DNA of 20,901 nt, taken from IMG/VR virus record IMGVR_UViG_3300032797_000730. One strand, given 5' to 3'. The DNA is from an uncultured virus (IMG/VR IMGVR_UViG_3300032797_000730) (lineage: Duplodnaviria; Heunggongvirae; Uroviricota; Caudoviricetes). Numbering within the stretch: position 1 is the stretch's first letter; each line of letters starts with the position of its first letter. Positions 1 through 8,984 of this stretch are shown piece after piece. The notes beneath the pieces are model-generated. The model was given only the letters and a program-made list of their open reading frames with translations, had not been told where the DNA came from and searched no databases. The position numbers and the translations under genes are program-made.

Positions 1-925
1 CGTTGATGCACGCCATCAGGATCTCGTCACACGTCACGGCCGCCCGTATCATCTTCACGTGGTTCTCCCGCTCGTTCTCGCCATTGGCATAGTAGCTGGC
101 CTTGATCGCCTTCCACAGCTCTCCCCCTATCCTGGCCATCGAGCCTGGCAGGAACATGGCCCCTCCCTGTACCACCATGTCAAATATCTCGACGACGCCG
201 CCATCAAACAACCCATAATTGATATACTTCCCGGACGGGGCCAGCTCGTCAAACTGTTCGATGTCGCTCTCCTCGAACGACGCGAGTGGCTTCCCCATGA
301 ACAAGGACGGCTCGAACGGCGAGTAATAATACTCCAACCCAAGTTCCGACGCTATCTCGTCTACCATATCAGCGACCGTCTCGTTGAAGCAGAACATCTT
401 CTCGTAGACCTTGTCCACGCCCTCCAGGACACAGTTCACGCTAAAATCCTCCAGGTTCTCGTCATACAGGTCGGCCTCCTTCAGTGCCTTCATGGCCACC
501 TCCGTGATGGCATCCATGTAGTTCCCCGACTTCCCCAGGTCGATCATGCCCCACGTGGTGCAGTGGCAGAGCGCCCGGTATAGTGGTGGCTCGCCCGTTA
601 TCCGCAGGCACCATTCCTTGCCTGGGGCGTCTGGCTCCTCGAACCTGATGTCCGAGATGACCCATGGAATGGATCCAAGGCCACTTCCTTGTATCTTGAC
701 CCGGAACGTGTCGCCGATGCACGGCCGAGAGCGCTGGGTCGTCGTCGGGTCCATGACATAGAGGCACACCTCGATGTACGAGCCCTCCTTCCCGAACGAG
801 GAGAATATCTTCACCTCGGTCTCCTCGTTCATGATGGCCGACTCCCTGGCGAGCTCGCCGCTGTCCTCCCTCACCGGGAGCATGACGATTACCGATGTCG
901 TGTACTCGCTGCCACTCATGCTCAT
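1..925 (-). CDS. Baseplate hub protein (Mu gp44/P2 gpD/XkdQ-like), 3'-truncated by the window edge
   Basis: Absent from the ORF track; I translated it by hand. ATG at 925 overlaps the upstream stop (ATGA) and the frame is open for 308 codons to the edge (MSMSGSEYTTSVIV...). It contains NETVADMVDEIASELGLEYYY...LFMG and FLPGSMARIGGELWKA, patterns typical of contractile-tail hubs, in the expected position. Confidence 0.7.
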   Translation of the reverse strand, partial: MSMSGSEYTTSVIVMLPVREDSGELARESAIMNEETEVKIFSSFGKEGSYIEVCLYVMDPTTTQRSRPCIGDTFRVKIQGSGLGSIPWVISDIRFEEPDAPGKEWCLRITGEPPLYRALCHCTTWGMIDLGKSGNYMDAITEVAMKALKEADLYDENLEDFSVNCVLEGVDKVYEKMFCFNETVADMVDEIASELGLEYYYSPFEPSLFMGKPLASFEESDIEQFDELAPSGKYINYGLFDGGVVEIFDMVVQGGAMFLPGSMARIGGELWKAIKASYYANGENERENHVKMIRAAVTCDEILMACIN

Positions 926-2871
926 GCACCATACAACGGGTAGAAGAAGAACCCTACCATCGTGAAGTCATTTCCAGACAACTGGACGCTTTTCATGTAG
1001 AGGTACAGCTCCTCCATCACCGGCTTGTTGACGTGCATCATCCCGTCATCCTCGTCCTCGTACCAGGACGTTGGAGCGCTCGTCCCCAAATAGTACACGA
1101 GCCCAGGCTGTACCGTGAACTCAGCGATGCCGACCTTCATCTTGGGCGTGATCTGCTGCCCGGTGCCCGAACCCATTGCCATCTCCACCCGGAACGAGCA
1201 TTGAATCGGGGACGTGAACTCCAGGTAACCGTCGTGGGGTACGAGGCCAGTTATCTTGAACGCGTTGCATCCATAGATGATCGTGTTTTCCAGATCGGCT
1301 TGCTTGGCTTCCGTCGTCATGAGAACGTCCTTTATCTCGTCATAATCCTCGTCCGTCTCCGGGTTAACGACCTCCTCGCCGATATAGTGGAGGAATGATT
1401 TCCAGTCCACGAGAGGCACGTGATACTCGGTAACGCCGGTCTTTCCATTCAAGGTGACCGTCACGAGCGTCGGATCGGTGTTGAACGTCACGCCCTGCTG
1501 ATATGTCGTGGACGATGCATTCCCGTTATTTATAGAAGGGCATTGATGCGGCGCGACGACATCACCCTCCTTGGTCTCGCTGAAGAGCGACCCGCTCACC
1601 ACGTCCAGCCCCTGCGTGTTTCCCTGGTTGAGGGGCAGCGCCCTCTGCTGTTTGAATCCCGCGCTCGTGCCCTCCAGGATGCGCCCGACGATCGGGTCCG
1701 ACGAGTACCGGAGGGGCGACCAAAATGACCTCTTCATGGTGCCCCACGCGCGCCACGCGAGGTTGAACCAGAGTCCTATCTTGTCATATTCGATGACGGA
1801 CTTCGGGTCCACCCCCGTGACCTGCATCGTTTTTGCCCTGCCGGCCCCGGCGGTGTACCTCGTGCGGATTTTCATCGCCTGCTGTGTTTTGGCTATCTTT
1901 TGTTTCCTGGCAGGGGTAGGCACTTTTTTCTTCAACCTATTTATCCAGCTTTCTCTCTTCTTGATGGCGTCCTTGTTCACGGGCACGACCTCGGTGGCCG
2001 CCTCGTCCCAGTAGTACCTGGTCTTCACGGGCGGCTCCGTGTACCGCCTGAGCAGGAGATCTACTTCTATCTCGCCAAGCGCCAGGTCCTTGCGCTCGCT
2101 CTTGAGCATGGTCTCTATGTACATCCTGGGGAATATCTCGTTCCTCGTGATGACCGTGAACGTGCGCCGCTTCACGATGAGTTCCCAGTCGCCAGTATCT
2201 TTTGTACCATTTGAAAACACGGTCGTTTTTCTCTCGGAGACTTCCGCGTCCAGGAGGTCGACCTGGCTATTTGCCACCTTCTCCACTTTCATATCATTTG
2301 GCAGGATGGCGCCGTTGGGCGTGTTAAAATCTCGTGCATACGTGTCACTGAGCCCTTGATCCGCGATAAGTCCCGTCTGCACGCTATATGCACCGTCAGA
2401 CTTGAGTACCACGTCCGACCCCGGAATCTCGGCTGGCCCCGCTCCAGGAAGCTCGCTTTTCAGCATATCTTGGCGCGCCTGGTACTCGCTCCCGTAATAA
2501 TACGTCGTGTCAAGGAGCTGCAAGTACGCGGGCGCCAGGGGCCCCACCAGGGAGAACTTGATGACGAGCGAGTTCCTGGCGCCCTTCTGGAACCCCATGA
2601 GATGGGTCCCTATCCCCCTGAACCTGAGGTCCTTGTTGGACTTGCCAGACTCCAGCGTGTTCACGAGATATATCGGGAAATAGCCAAGAAGCACGTCCGG
2701 CTCCAGGTTGTTTGCTGACAGCGCCTCGAACTCGGCGATGGCGGGCAGCATGGCCATGGCATCCCTCATGGCCTGCATACTGCTGATCCAGTTCATATTA
2801 TATGTCTTTCCAATGCCAGTAAATGCATCCTTTATCCTGGCCATGTCAAAAAAGCTCGTGCTCGCCATCAT
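922..2871 (-). CDS. Tail tube initiator/Dit-like baseplate protein with additional C-terminal domain(s), 649 aa
   Basis: Long ORF coupled at both ends by ATGA overlaps and lying between TMP and hub. FTVITRNEIFPRMYIETMLKSE...IEVDLLLRRY resembles the tube-fold initiator family (P2 gpU/Mu gp43-like). Confidence 0.6.
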   Translation of the reverse strand: MMASTSFFDMARIKDAFTGIGKTYNMNWISSMQAMRDAMAMLPAIAEFEALSANNLEPDVLLGYFPIYLVNTLESGKSNKDLRFRGIGTHLMGFQKGARNSLVIKFSLVGPLAPAYLQLLDTTYYYGSEYQARQDMLKSELPGAGPAEIPGSDVVLKSDGAYSVQTGLIADQGLSDTYARDFNTPNGAILPNDMKVEKVANSQVDLLDAEVSERKTTVFSNGTKDTGDWELIVKRRTFTVITRNEIFPRMYIETMLKSERKDLALGEIEVDLLLRRYTEPPVKTRYYWDEAATEVVPVNKDAIKKRESWINRLKKKVPTPARKQKIAKTQQAMKIRTRYTAGAGRAKTMQVTGVDPKSVIEYDKIGLWFNLAWRAWGTMKRSFWSPLRYSSDPIVGRILEGTSAGFKQQRALPLNQGNTQGLDVVSGSLFSETKEGDVVAPHQCPSINNGNASSTTYQQGVTFNTDPTLVTVTLNGKTGVTEYHVPLVDWKSFLHYIGEEVVNPETDEDYDEIKDVLMTTEAKQADLENTIIYGCNAFKITGLVPHDGYLEFTSPIQCSFRVEMAMGSGTGQQITPKMKVGIAEFTVQPGLVYYLGTSAPTSWYEDEDDGMMHVNKPVMEELYLYMKSVQLSGNDFTMVGFFFYPLYGA

Positions 2872-3959
2872 TTTTTCACGCTCTTTTTATTCCTGTTAAC
2901 CTTCCCTGCAGCAGGCGTCCCCCTTACCTTGGGCGCCCCGACGTTAACTCCTGATGCCCCTGCAACCCCTTTATTCTCGGCCTGCGGCTTCTCGTCCCCG
3001 GGTTCTATCCCCGTCGCCCCGGACGATGCAGCCTTGGTAGCGGCCCTGGACGCCGCCGCCACGGTCTTCATGTACTCCTTCAAGTTGTCCATCTTGTCCC
3101 CGAGGTTCTTGGTGTTGTTGTCGATGCTGTCCACCTTCTCCCGCACCTCGTACAACCTGTCCCTCACCAGGGGCCATTCTGGAAGTATCAACGTATAAAT
3201 CGACCTCACGGCTTCCTCGCTCGCCGTTTCCCTTCTCGACGCCTTCGCCACCGCTGGCGGTGCCGCTGCCACTTGTTGTTGCTTCATCATTTCAAGCGTG
3301 GCGTCCATTATCGTTTTCACCTGCTCCACGATATCCGTTCCTTGCTGCACTTTTGACAAGGCATCGGCCGCGCCCTTTATCTCACCCACGGCGTTGTTGA
3401 CCGCTCCCACTGCCATCGTGGCCGCGGCCCCCGCATTCCTGGCATACCCGTCCATGCGCTGCCCTAAATCCTGGAGCGCCGGGCCTATCGCCGATGTCAC
3501 CGCGGCACTCACCGACGCCCCCACGTCCCCCTGTTGCTGCCATCCCTCCTGCATCTTCCCCAGCTTCTCGCTTATCCCCCTCACGGTGGCCATGTTCCCC
3601 ACCGACGTGATGTCGGCGCGTATCGCCTCCACGGCCACCCTCAAGTCATTCACCATGCCCTCGAGCCCGGCCTTGAGATTGGCGATCTCCTCCCTGGCGG
3701 TCTGGTTCAGCCCCTTCCACTGCCCGAACACGTTGGAGAACGCCTGGGCGAGCACGTCCATCACCCCTTTCAACTGTGGTGCCACCGCCACAGCCTGCTG
3801 CGCCTTCGAGCCGACGTTTGCCGCGCCAGCTGCCGCCGCGTTGACTGCAGCCAGCACGTCACCAGACACCGCGGCCACGTGGTCCATGAGCCGCACGGCT
3901 TCCGCCAGTTCCGCCACGTCCTTCACCCCTATCTTCACGGAGATGTCGTCCAGGCTCAT
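2868..3959 (-). CDS. Putative tape measure protein (short, 363 aa)
   Basis: Follows the tail chaperone. N-terminal ISVKIGVKD strand, then an Ala/Gly/Gln-rich helical sequence typical of TMPs, and a basic low-complexity C-terminus. Confidence 0.6.
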   Translation of the reverse strand: MSLDDISVKIGVKDVAELAEAVRLMDHVAAVSGDVLAAVNAAAAGAANVGSKAQQAVAVAPQLKGVMDVLAQAFSNVFGQWKGLNQTAREEIANLKAGLEGMVNDLRVAVEAIRADITSVGNMATVRGISEKLGKMQEGWQQQGDVGASVSAAVTSAIGPALQDLGQRMDGYARNAGAAATMAVGAVNNAVGEIKGAADALSKVQQGTDIVEQVKTIMDATLEMMKQQQVAAAPPAVAKASRRETASEEAVRSIYTLILPEWPLVRDRLYEVREKVDSIDNNTKNLGDKMDNLKEYMKTVAAASRAATKAASSGATGIEPGDEKPQAENKGVAGASGVNVGAPKVRGTPAAGKVNRNKKSVKK

Positions 3960-4663
3960 CTCTTCACACCCTTGGCCTTCCTCGCCTCGTCAAGCTTGGC
4001 GATGATGTCGAGCTGCGCCTTGTCATATTGCATGGTCGGCTTGAAGTCAAGTTTCTTGAGCGCCTGCGCCACGTCCGCCCCCTCCTCCTGTTTCCACTCG
4101 TTGGTGTACTTGTCAAGACTCGTGCTCAAGAAGGAGAGTTGAAGCTCGGTGAGGTCCCCGAGATTTTGAACGAGCGGCATGTCCAGTTTCCATATCGCGG
4201 TGCCAATGACCTTCCCGTCGCCCGTCTTCAAGAACGACTCCATCCTTCCTCTTGGGCAAACGCTCAGGGCGAGTACCTGCCTGGCGAACGTGTCTATTTC
4301 GAGGCAGCACGCGTCCTCGTGCAGGGCTTGTATTCCTAACGGCAGGCCGTCCTTCACCTGGCGCCATCGAGGGGGTTGGAAGTCCTTGACAGCGTGGTAG
4401 ACGATCCAGGCGTTCACGACCGATCGTATCGAGTTGACCTCCATGGCGAGCTCCACGGTCTTGAGGCCATCCATGGGGCCGCCAAGGCGGTACGTGGTAA
4501 TGAAATTGGTGGCCTCCATCGACCGGCCTTCGAGGGCCCTGGAATAGCATTCCTCGGTCTCTTTCAGCGTGAGGGGCCTGTATTCTAACGCCCCGTAATA
4601 CTGGGAATAAAAAAAAGAACGGACCTTCACGCCGTCGAGGATGGCATCGATGAGGTCGGCCAT
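3956..4663 (-). CDS. Tail assembly chaperone (single ORF, G+T-like), about 235 aa
   Basis: Lies between tube and TMP. Likely start ATG 4663 (MADLIDAILDG), or GTG 4672 overlapping the tube stop. The ORF-track extension to 4780 overlaps the tube gene. YRPLTLKE motif near the N-terminus and IWKLDMP...LGDLTELQLSFL near the C-terminus. Confidence 0.6.
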   Translation of the reverse strand: MADLIDAILDGVKVRSFFYSQYYGALEYRPLTLKETEECYSRALEGRSMEATNFITTYRLGGPMDGLKTVELAMEVNSIRSVVNAWIVYHAVKDFQPPRWRQVKDGLPLGIQALHEDACCLEIDTFARQVLALSVCPRGRMESFLKTGDGKVIGTAIWKLDMPLVQNLGDLTELQLSFLSTSLDKYTNEWKQEEGADVAQALKKLDFKPTMQYDKAQLDIIAKLDEARKAKGVKR

Positions 4664-4668
4664 GACGC

Positions 4669-5217
4669 TCACGTCGGGGTCGTCTCTTTCGCTTCCGCCG
4701 GGACCTCGCCTGCGGGCGTGATGCGCCCGTCGCCGATGATCTCGTACCCGCTGCTCGTCACGTAGCCATAGTTCAACCACGTGAATGGAACCGTCAGCAT
4801 CGGCAGGTCACCGTCCCATCGTTCGTCCATGGGGTCTGGCTTGCACCCGAACAGCGCGCGCTGGCCATAGATGAGTTGGCCAGCGCCCGCGTTCTGCTGC
4901 TGGGGCAGCTCGTCCAGGTAGATGTCAAAGAACGCGTCGTGCTGGGCGAGCCAGAGTAACATGGCGTATGCAGGCTCCGTCTGGGCAACCAGGAGCCGTC
5001 CTGATTGGCCCTCGTTTCTCCTGGTCACCATGATCTGGTTCCACACGGACAGGCCACCGCGCACGTCGTGGTTGTAGCCAATGCCATTTATCTCGACTGC
5101 TTCCACGACGGCGAGTACCACCTGCGTTGAACCGGGGTTCCCGTCCTTGACCGAAGGGTAGGACAGGGTTGCCTTCATCCGGTTATTCCAAGCTTTCTTT
5201 GCTGATTCGATTGGCAT
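4669..5217 (-). CDS. Tail tube protein, about 182 aa
   Basis: Directly after the sheath, with appropriate size and beta-rich pattern. ATG 5217 lies 8 nt after a GGTGA SD motif and 1 nt after the sheath stop. Confidence 0.65.
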   Translation of the reverse strand: MPIESAKKAWNNRMKATLSYPSVKDGNPGSTQVVLAVVEAVEINGIGYNHDVRGGLSVWNQIMVTRRNEGQSGRLLVAQTEPAYAMLLWLAQHDAFFDIYLDELPQQQNAGAGQLIYGQRALFGCKPDPMDERWDGDLPMLTVPFTWLNYGYVTSSGYEIIGDGRITPAGEVPAEAKETTPT

Positions 5218-5218
5218 T

Positions 5219-6757
5219 TTAGATATCACCCAGCGCGCTTATCACGATTGTTTCGGGGTTTGGACCCCATAGGACTTCCACTTCGATGTTGTCGACTATG
5301 CAGCTATCTTGTGCCGCCGTCACGATGTCCTGTTCCTCGTCCGTCCGCTTGGCGACCGGTATGGCGAGGTACGGTTCGATGGGGATGGTAATGCTCACGA
5401 GGCCGTCGCACCAGTCCTTCAGCTCGCATGCCTTGATCGTGGCCGTGATCACCGACTTGATGCGCCGGATGCACTCGATGTCGTACTTGAGGTTGGGCAT
5501 CAGCACCAGCTGCAAGAGGGCCGCCAGGAGGGCATGTTTTATCTGGTTGAAGCACCGGACATGGTTTTCCCTGCCATCGCGGCCTATCCCGAACGTGAAG
5601 CCATAATTCATGAACGCATCTGATCGCAGGTGCGATATTTTCACCCATGTCATTATCATGGCGGTCTTGTACGCCTGCATCTCGGACTCGTTCTCGATGG
5701 CCGTCACATTCGTACTTGGCGTGTATCCAGTGAGCGTGTCCCTCACCGCCCGCTGCCGCACGGCCGACGCTATCATGGCACTCGTGTCCCGTTCCCCGAA
5801 GTATCCCGTCGTTAACAAGGTCTGCCATTCTCCCATGACCATGATGTTCCTGCACTGGCCGAACTCGTTCGATCTCAGGCCTCCCCAGTACTCTAACGCG
5901 GCGCCCCCGTAGAACTCTGTAGGATCCGTCATGTGCTTGTTGGCTGGCAGGCCGCAGCAGAGCTGGCGGGCCCACCCGGCGGCCGTCCTGGAGTTGCAGT
6001 GTGTCAAGACGGTCTTCGCGTCGTCCATGAACGACGTGCCGCCGTAGATGCCCTGCGAGACCAGCGACCCGCTCATCTTGCCCGGATCGTAGGCCAGGCA
6101 TAGAAGCTGGATGTCCTGGTTGTTGAACAGCTTCAGCGCCTCGGCGAGCGCGACGGTCGTGTACGAGATGAGTACCTCGTCGGTGTTTAGATCCACGTCC
6201 TGCTCGACGCCGTCCCCGTTTCTCGGGTAGCCAGCGGTGAACGTGATCTTTCCCGTGTACTTCCCGGTGTCATCCGTCTCCAGCGTGTATCCCGCGCCGT
6301 CCTGGGACACCGTCTCTTCAAGATCGTCCTTTCCCTGGGCATAGTGCACCTTCACGCCCGTTATCGCGTTCACCGGGGAATTGACGGTCTTCCATTCCTT
6401 CACGCCGCCAGCCGCGAGTGCTTGCTGGTCCGTGTACGTGCCCGCCCCCTCGCCACCGTACCTGTAGAACTCCACGAACGCTGGATCCACCGGGTATTGG
6501 AGCTCGTTGAAGTAGGTGTTCATCCACTTCACGAGCGCGGTGTTGTCTGGCGCCGCGTTGTACAGCGCGAGAAAGTCGTCGAGCGTGCTGATCTTGTACC
6601 CCTGCCAGTTGGCGGGGTCAAATCTCGTGCCGCTGGCGGACAGGAACTTTGCATCGTTCGAGGCATCATAACCAATAACGCCCACGTTGCATTTTCCAAT
6701 CTCTACCCTCTGGGGTATCGGTGCCCGCGAGCTCACCCTGACATACATGTCTGCCAT
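5219..6757 (-). CDS. Contractile tail sheath protein, 512 aa
   Basis: Size and position fit. C-terminal HVRCFNQIKHALL...NLKYDIECIRRIKSVI...IEVEVLWGPNPETIVI resembles sheath C-terminal domains. AAGGAGG SD upstream. Confidence 0.75.
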   Translation of the reverse strand: MADMYVRVSSRAPIPQRVEIGKCNVGVIGYDASNDAKFLSASGTRFDPANWQGYKISTLDDFLALYNAAPDNTALVKWMNTYFNELQYPVDPAFVEFYRYGGEGAGTYTDQQALAAGGVKEWKTVNSPVNAITGVKVHYAQGKDDLEETVSQDGAGYTLETDDTGKYTGKITFTAGYPRNGDGVEQDVDLNTDEVLISYTTVALAEALKLFNNQDIQLLCLAYDPGKMSGSLVSQGIYGGTSFMDDAKTVLTHCNSRTAAGWARQLCCGLPANKHMTDPTEFYGGAALEYWGGLRSNEFGQCRNIMVMGEWQTLLTTGYFGERDTSAMIASAVRQRAVRDTLTGYTPSTNVTAIENESEMQAYKTAMIMTWVKISHLRSDAFMNYGFTFGIGRDGRENHVRCFNQIKHALLAALLQLVLMPNLKYDIECIRRIKSVITATIKACELKDWCDGLVSITIPIEPYLAIPVAKRTDEEQDIVTAAQDSCIVDNIEVEVLWGPNPETIVISALGDI

Positions 6758-6760
6758 GTC

Positions 6761-7387
6761 TCAAGTTTCCTCCTTTTGAACAGTCGTAGGTATATCTTCG
6801 TTCCCGTCGGTGGCAGAGAGCTCGATGGCCACTATCTCGCCTCCTTCGGGCACCTCCGCGTCACGCATCTTCGTCCAGTGCTCCTCGTATCGTATTTGAA
6901 ACCTGAGGAGGCGCATGGACTCGGTATTGCCATCGATAAAGTCCTGGTAATCCCTTTCATCCTCCAGCGAGTCGTCAATGACCGACCCGAAATAGTCAAG
7001 AAGGATATGATCCCAATAAGCCCGGACACGTTTTTTCACCGCGTCCAGCATGGCCTTCGTGAGGTCGCGGGCGTGGACCACCGCGTTGCCCACCTTCATT
7101 TCCCTGGCATGGAGCCGTATTTCCACGTCAGCCGTGAACGCCCTGGAAAACCACACGATGCCGCTGATGATCTCGCCCACGTTATCCATGCCCCCGTAGC
7201 CCTTCTTGTGGTCATATATTGCCACGACCGCGGTTGGCACTTCCTCGTCCTTGAACTCGTTCCCGGGGAACGAGTGAAGGGTGAATGACTTGGTGACGGT
7301 CGCTCCCTTCACGTCCTTCCCGGTGGCCGTGAATGCCACGACATGGAGGTCGTCCACGAGCGCCTCGAAGCATACCTCATCGAGCAA
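6761..7387 (-). CDS. Putative tail terminator/neck protein, about 208 aa
   Basis: Lies between head closure and sheath. TTG 7387 follows GGAGGTG by 7 nt (the ORF track starts at 7411). Alpha/beta pattern consistent with terminator-like proteins. Confidence 0.5.
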   Translation of the reverse strand: MLDEVCFEALVDDLHVVAFTATGKDVKGATVTKSFTLHSFPGNEFKDEEVPTAVVAIYDHKKGYGGMDNVGEIISGIVWFSRAFTADVEIRLHAREMKVGNAVVHARDLTKAMLDAVKKRVRAYWDHILLDYFGSVIDDSLEDERDYQDFIDGNTESMRLLRFQIRYEEHWTKMRDAEVPEGGEIVAIELSATDGNEDIPTTVQKEET

Positions 7388-8984
7388 CGCAATCCACCTC
7401 CACGTTATCAATTTTCACGACAGCGGCACTTCCCGCATATCCCGTGAATAGAACGAATTCCACGGCCGCCGTGATGCCCGAAACATCTATATCATCTACC
7501 AGGTCAACGCTACCGACCGTAACGGTCATTATCCTGTTCCTGTTCACCGATACCTTCACGTGTACCCAAGACGATGCCGTTATCGTGGTGTCGAATATCA
7601 GGCCGGTGAAGTCTTTTAAATGGAGCACGCCAGCGACACGCTCGATCACCATGTACAGTAGAATGTTGTCGTCGAGGTCGTCGATGTCGGTTATCTCGCC
7701 CAGGACTATCCTGGACACGATGCCGTCAGAATCGGCGCCCGTTATCTTGATGTCGAATTCAACCGTGGCGGCGGGCCCCTCGGCCACGTCCAGCACGTTT
7801 ATCGCCACCTGGGATGCACCCATGTACGAGCTGGTTATCGCGGTGACGTGCGTGCCGTCCGACGCCACGAGCACGCTGCCTCCAGTGGAAGGACTCCACG
7901 AGGCCTCTATGTCAGCCAGGCGATATTTTAGCTGCGTGTCGGTTTGCCGGTTGAATTTTATCGTTGAAATGTTGTTTATGGCCCATCCGGTCCAATCATC
8001 GTTGTCCTTCAAGTCACCAACGTGATCGGTGCCGTCGTCGTAGCAGTGGACATTGAGCCGGTGATGCTTGGTATCATAAATGATGTATGTTAGCCTATAA
8101 TATTTTCCCTTTGCGAACGTGAGCGTGGGGGTGAAGATAACTGGCTGAAAGCCGTCGGGGAACATCATCACCGAAAGATCGCTCACGCCGCCCTGGTCTA
8201 TCTCGGCCACGAGCACGCCCGACCCGTTGTAGAACTTGCAGAAGTGCTGCCAGCCAGATGAATCGGACATCACCATGAAATCGAAGGAGAAGGATATCTC
8301 CTCCGTGACATCCTTGGACGAGGGCGTGAACGTCGCTGCTTGCCCGTCGTCCGTGCCAGGCCATTCGAGCCTGAGCATCCTGTGGACGGCGCCTCCATAG
8401 GTCTGGTTCTCGACAACCGCCACCTCGGTGCCGACGAAGTTCTCCTTCGCCCACCTGGAGCCAACCGGGGGGGTGAAGTTGCCGAGGGCGTGCCACTCGA
8501 AATCTGGCACGTCTTCTGGCACCGTGATGGTGCAGTTTGCAGGTTCCTCGCCAATGGTGTCGTCCTCGAAGTCCCAAACCGCTTCGAGCGCGGGGTACGC
8601 GTCCCTCGTCCTGTCACAGAATAGCCTAGCGATGCGTTCCCTGGCAAGCCATGCGGGGCCCGCCACCCTGAACACCATGTTAGATTTGAAGATTTTTAGA
8701 TCCTTGGTGTCCTTCTCGGTTATACCGAGTGCCAGGAGGTCTCGCGTGACGACCTGGAATTCCGTCGCTCCCCTGAATCGCACGCCATCCTCTCCAGGAA
8801 CCATGTTTCTTGTCCTGGTGCTGGTGACGACACCACGCACGACGCCTATCGTGCTTTTCAGCGTGGAGGCTTGCTTGCCCCCGGCTCGACGCTCCCTCGT
8901 TCCCTGGAGCTCGATGATTATGGGGTCGTCCTTGTTGCGCTCGGCGTCGAATTGCACGAGCTGGAAGTCCGTCAAGAGACCCAT
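7377..8984 (-). CDS. Head-closure (stopper)-like protein fused to about 400 aa of beta-sandwich/lectin-like domains, 535 aa
   Basis: GGTGA SD 6 nt before the ATG. Basic beta-rich N-terminal ~125 aa sits in the head-closure position. It is followed by an acidic, aromatic-rich beta region beginning YPALEAVWDFEDDTIGEEP. Confidence 0.55.
   Translation of the reverse strand: MGLLTDFQLVQFDAERNKDDPIIIELQGTRERRAGGKQASTLKSTIGVVRGVVTSTRTRNMVPGEDGVRFRGATEFQVVTRDLLALGITEKDTKDLKIFKSNMVFRVAGPAWLARERIARLFCDRTRDAYPALEAVWDFEDDTIGEEPANCTITVPEDVPDFEWHALGNFTPPVGSRWAKENFVGTEVAVVENQTYGGAVHRMLRLEWPGTDDGQAATFTPSSKDVTEEISFSFDFMVMSDSSGWQHFCKFYNGSGVLVAEIDQGGVSDLSVMMFPDGFQPVIFTPTLTFAKGKYYRLTYIIYDTKHHRLNVHCYDDGTDHVGDLKDNDDWTGWAINNISTIKFNRQTDTQLKYRLADIEASWSPSTGGSVLVASDGTHVTAITSSYMGASQVAINVLDVAEGPAATVEFDIKITGADSDGIVSRIVLGEITDIDDLDDNILLYMVIERVAGVLHLKDFTGLIFDTTITASSWVHVKVSVNRNRIMTVTVGSVDLVDDIDVSGITAAVEFVLFTGYAGSAAVVKIDNVEVDCVAR

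Noticed and set aside
462..932. 156-aa minus-strand ORF in the track
   Set aside because: Alternative frame of the real hub gene starting at 925.
2868..2880. Possible -1 frameshift at GTG AAA AAA TGA fusing TMP to the 649-aa protein
   Set aside because: Not a canonical X XXY YYZ heptamer in the TMP frame. The ATGA overlap is the normal coupling seen throughout this operon.
1..7387. Stand-alone contractile injection system or tailocin
   Set aside because: The same operon encodes terminase, portal, protease and capsid, indicating a DNA-packaging virion.
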